Source: Coleofasciculus chthonoplastes F2-STO-03
GTDB lineage: Bacteria; Cyanobacteriota; Cyanobacteriia; Cyanobacteriales; Coleofasciculaceae
DNA: 29,223 nucleotides
Assembly: GCA_040222015.1 (NCBI GenBank)
Contig: JAVJWO010000157.1
Location: 1-29,223, forward strand
Direction: 5' to 3'
The notes under the pieces are model-generated. The model saw nothing but the letters and a program-made list of their open reading frames with translations, was not told the origin of the DNA and ran no database searches. Positions within the stretch are counted from its first letter, which is position 1. Each line of letters starts with the position of its first letter. Shown here one piece after another: positions 26,013-29,223 of the stretch. Both the position numbers and the translations under genes were made by a program.

Positions 26013-26816
26013 ATGTCTAATGCTCCAACGAATCGCAATCCGCCGCCGAGTAATCGCCAACTCCTAATTTTATTGGGGTTATTTATCGGCTTTATTGTGG
26101 CTGTTATTTGGCTGTTGAATCTGCTGGTCAATGGTTTAATTGGGATGATTCCGCCAAGTGTGGAGCAAAAATTGGGGGCGGTAATTGTGCCAGTTTACGA
26201 GAAACAAGCTAAACCGTCTCCAACTCAAGATACTCTGAACCAATTATTAGATCGTTTAGAACAGGAACTTCCCCCGGAACAACAAAAAGCCCGGGATTAT
26301 CAGGTGCTGTATTTGCCCGAGTCTACGGTGAATGCGATCGCGTTACCGGGAGATGCTATTGTTATTTATCAGGGTTTACTGGAACAAGCAGAGTCTGAGA
26401 ATGAATTGATGATGGTTTTAGCCCATGAATTGGGTCATTTTGCTCACCGAGATCACCTGCGGGGTTTAGGACGAGTGTTGGTGGTACGGGTAGCCTTAGC
26501 CTATTTTCTCGGAGATGCAGGAGCCTTACAATCAGCGGCTTCGGGGGCGGTGGAGGCAATCGCGCGATCGCAGTATTCTCAGTCTCAGGAACGGGAAGCG
26601 GATGCGTTTGGCTTAATGTTACTATATGACACTTATGGTCATGTCGCTGGGGCTACGGACTTTTTTGAGCGAACGAGTGAGAAATCCGGAGCCAATTTTG
26701 CCTTTTTGTCAACCCATCCTGCACCCAAAAAACGGGTGAAAGAGTTGGAACGTTTGATTGAAAAGCAAGGGTATGAAATCGGGACGCGATCGCCTTTACC
26801 AAAAACGTTGCAATAA
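26013..26816 (+). CDS. M48 family zinc metallopeptidase, membrane anchored
   Basis: N-terminal TM; VNAIALPG, AHELGH (HEXXH), YSQSQEREAD, LSTHP. Confidence 0.93.
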   Translation: MSNAPTNRNPPPSNRQLLILLGLFIGFIVAVIWLLNLLVNGLIGMIPPSVEQKLGAVIVPVYEKQAKPSPTQDTLNQLLDRLEQELPPEQQKARDYQVLYLPESTVNAIALPGDAIVIYQGLLEQAESENELMMVLAHELGHFAHRDHLRGLGRVLVVRVALAYFLGDAGALQSAASGAVEAIARSQYSQSQEREADAFGLMLLYDTYGHVAGATDFFERTSEKSGANFAFLSTHPAPKKRVKELERLIEKQGYEIGTRSPLPKTLQ

Positions 26817-26829
26817 ACAATAAGCATCT

Positions 26830-26947
26830 GCCAAGAACTCAAGTTCTTGGCTAAAAGCTTAAGTCCATTAAAATGGACTAATATTATGTCTTATCCAGTC
26901 AGCTTTAGCTGACTTGAGCTTTTGGTTCCGTGGGTTTAAACCCACGG
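26830..26947. repeat. Four-hairpin REPIN-like element
   Basis: GCCAAGAACT-ca-AGTTCTTGGC, AGTCCATT..AATGGACT, AGTCAGCT..AGCTGACT and CCGTGGGTTTAAACCCACGG; symmetric AAAAGCTTAAGT/ACTTGAGCTTTT arms. Confidence 0.75.
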
Positions 26948-27025
26948 CTCGTCTGATAATCTTAGAGCAACGTATCGGGAAAAATTAGGCAAGATAAAAA
27001 GAGTAGCCGCTAACAGCAAGACTCT

Positions 27026-28399
27026 ATGAAACCACTCACAGGTCCGCGCACACCCCGATTTCTGAGAATTTTCCGGATCATCAAGCTGATTTTTCGCCCC
27101 TTGGACTACCTAGAGAATTATGCTCAACGGTATGGAGATATGATCAAAATTGGCGGGGATAACGCTCCTCCCTTTGTCTATGTCAGCAATCCCCAGGCGA
27201 TTAAAGAAATCTTTACGGCTGATCCAGAGTTATTTGAATCGGGTCGAGGAAATGGGGTGTTACGCTATTTAGTCGGGGATAACTCACTGCTGATGTTAGA
27301 TGGAGAACCCCATCAGCGCCAACGCCGCCTGCTGATGCCTCCCTTTCATGGCGATCGCTTGCGAGAGTATGGTCAGCTTATTTGTGATATTACGGAAAGG
27401 GTAACAGCAGAATGGACAGTGGGTCAACCGTTGCTCATCCGTACCTATACCCAAGAGATAACGCTGCGGGTGATATTACAAGCCGTGTTTGGCTTGAATC
27501 AGGGAAAACGTTATACCCAACTGAGACACCTGCTGAGTACCCTTCTGGCATCCTTTGATTCTCCCCTGAGTTCTACTCTGCTCTTTTTCCCTTGGTTGCG
27601 ACAGGATTGGGGTTCTTGGAGTCCCTGGGGGCGTTTTTTGCAGTTAAAGCAGCAGATCAAACAGTTGATTTTTGATGAGATTCGCGAACGTCGGGAGCAA
27701 GGAGATGAGTCGCGAACCGATATTTTAACCTTACTCCTATCGGCGCGAGATGAAGCAGGGGAGCCGATGACGGATGAGGAATTACATGATCAGTTAATGA
27801 CACTTTTAATCGCGGGTCATGAAACCACTGCGTCTGCATTGGTTTGGGCATTGTATTGGATTCATTATCTGCCAGATGTGCGTCAAAAGCTGCTTGAGGA
27901 ATTAGAAACCTTGGATGCAGAGGGCGATCCGATGGCAATGTCTCGGCTTCCCTATCTGACAGCCGTCTGTCAAGAAACCTTGAGAATTTATCCCATTGCT
28001 CCGAGTACCTTCATTCGGATTCCTAAATCACCCATAGAAATCATGGGATATCAATTTGAAGCGGGTACAGCGTTGATGCCTTCTATTTATTTAGTTCATC
28101 ATCGGGACGATATCTATCCCCAACCTAAGCAATTTAAACCGGAACGTTTTCTAGAACGGCAATATTCCCCTTACGAATATTTACCCTTTGGTGGCGGGAA
28201 CCGTCGCTGTATTGGTTCAGCATTGGCACTGTTGGAAATGAAGCTGGTGCTGGCGACTATTTTGTCAAAGTTTGAACTGGCATTAACTGATAATCGTCCG
28301 GTGAAGCCGATGCGTCGCGGTTTAACAATTGCGCCTCCTGGTAACCTGCGAATGGTTCCTAAGCAGCGTCGGAAACAGAAAGCCCCAGCGATGGTGTAA
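27026..28399 (+). CDS. Cytochrome P450 (CYP110-like)
   Basis: AGHETT, ETLR, FKPERF, FGGGNRRCIG heme motif. Confidence 0.96.
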   Translation: MKPLTGPRTPRFLRIFRIIKLIFRPLDYLENYAQRYGDMIKIGGDNAPPFVYVSNPQAIKEIFTADPELFESGRGNGVLRYLVGDNSLLMLDGEPHQRQRRLLMPPFHGDRLREYGQLICDITERVTAEWTVGQPLLIRTYTQEITLRVILQAVFGLNQGKRYTQLRHLLSTLLASFDSPLSSTLLFFPWLRQDWGSWSPWGRFLQLKQQIKQLIFDEIRERREQGDESRTDILTLLLSARDEAGEPMTDEELHDQLMTLLIAGHETTASALVWALYWIHYLPDVRQKLLEELETLDAEGDPMAMSRLPYLTAVCQETLRIYPIAPSTFIRIPKSPIEIMGYQFEAGTALMPSIYLVHHRDDIYPQPKQFKPERFLERQYSPYEYLPFGGGNRRCIGSALALLEMKLVLATILSKFELALTDNRPVKPMRRGLTIAPPGNLRMVPKQRRKQKAPAMV

Positions 28400-28443
28400 T
28401 CCAATCTGTTGCTAATTCCCTGCTGAATTGAGCAATGGTTCAA

Positions 28444-28902
28444 TTAACCTACTGGTAATAATTGGGGGTTAGTCGAAGAATTGACTTCTGTTAACTTAGC
28501 TTGAGCCAATTCTAAATCGTAAGGGAATGGTGGTTTGATTGGCTGATAATCCCGTTCATGGGGTGTGCCATGACGCAAGACAGCATTCACTACCACACAA
28601 GTTTCGGAACTGAGATTAATTGCACCATGAAGAATCCCGGCGGGGACTTTTACGACTGTTGGCTGAGCGTCAATTAAAGGAATATAATCATACTGACGAT
28701 TTCTTAGCACCACTAAGACAAAAGTTCCCCGCACAACTAAAAGTTGATCGGTTTGAAATCGGTGAACAAATAGATCTTCTACGGTAGCAGGTGGAATCTG
28801 TACCAGTATGGTTTCGTGACTCGATTGGGGGGTGTAAAAATCGACTGTTCCGCCTTTGACCGATTCCAAGGAACGAACTTCGATGTTGTTGATTAAGCCC
28901 AT
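28444..28902 (-). CDS. RmlC-like cupin (dTDP-4-dehydrorhamnose 3,5-epimerase-like annotation)
   Basis: FVHRFQTDQLLVVRG and VPAGILHGAIN cupin motifs. Confidence 0.8.
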   Translation of the reverse strand: MGLINNIEVRSLESVKGGTVDFYTPQSSHETILVQIPPATVEDLFVHRFQTDQLLVVRGTFVLVVLRNRQYDYIPLIDAQPTVVKVPAGILHGAINLSSETCVVVNAVLRHGTPHERDYQPIKPPFPYDLELAQAKLTEVNSSTNPQLLPVG

Positions 28903-29070
28903 GACTACTATCCCTCTTTATTTATCTCTATTGTTAATATAGAGGGTAACTATGTTAATTTTTGTGACTAAATTGACAAAATGTGCCAAATCATGATATA
29001 TGGCGTTTGGGTCTTACGCGATCGCACAAGCTGGCTTTACCGTTGAACCAGCATCTGTAGGTGACGCTAC

Positions 29071-29223
29071 AGCCCTCATCCTCAGCCCCTCTCCCAAGCT
29101 AGCCCTCACCCCCAGCCCCTCTCCCCAGCTAGCCCTCACCCCCACCCCCACACCCAAGCCCCCCCTAACCCCCCCCCCCACACCCAAACCAACGCCCACC
29201 CCCACCCCCCCCACCCCACCCGC
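29071..29223 (+). repeat. Decaying 30-bp C-rich tandem repeat (AGCCCTCACCCCCAGCCCCTCTCCC..GCT)
   Basis: Units at 29071, 29101 and 29131, then low-complexity C/A sequence to the window end. Confidence 0.8.

Larger units (their letters stand above)
963..29025. other. Dispersed HIP1 octamers GCGATCGC
   Basis: Examples at 963, 1145, 8126, 18015, 18046 and 29018; a cyanobacterial hallmark. Confidence 0.9.

Noticed and set aside
5319..28443. Numerous short antisense or overlapping ORFs in the ORF track
   Set aside because: They lie within well-supported genes on the opposite strand or in another frame and show no recognisable motifs.
29014..29214. 66-aa Gly/Val-rich ORF
   Set aside because: Translation of a C-rich tandem repeat that decays toward the window end, probably low-quality contig-end sequence.

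Overview
Genomic window from a filamentous cyanobacterium, inferred from frequent HIP1 GCGATCGC octamers, heptamer STRR repeats and the gene content (Coleofasciculus/Oscillatoriales-like). Ordinary genes: PAS-PAS-GGDEF-EAL protein, ERI1/KapD-like exonuclease, M16 peptidase pair, Ap4A phosphorylase, dienelactone hydrolase, SLH protein, TPR-CHAT protease, typA, Ser/Thr kinase, three AIM24 paralogues, M48 peptidase, CYP110-like P450 and a cupin. Many intergenic gaps hold REP/REPIN/MITE-like palindromes. The most notable elements are: (1) an IS200/IS605 right end with a structured omegaRNA-like scaffold, inserted in a YacP/Rae1 RNase gene (1-510); (2) a decayed conflict system of TIR-[shared helical domain] and [shared helical domain]-P-loop NTPase, with visible breakpoints (13.4-14.8 kb); (3) two tandem modules with unrelated sequence but the same architecture: an XRE regulator divergent from a small unknown gene whose leader has a promoter/operator, two hairpins and a possible antisense promoter (17.5-19.0 kb); (4) a DUF262 + HEPN operon whose HEPN protein carries a translation-factor-like beta-barrel (19.3-21.5 kb); (5) a RAYT transposase with a four-unit array of compensatory REP doublets, between the AIM24 genes and the M48 gene (25.1-26.0 kb). 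All family assignments come from motif recognition by eye; no searches were run.
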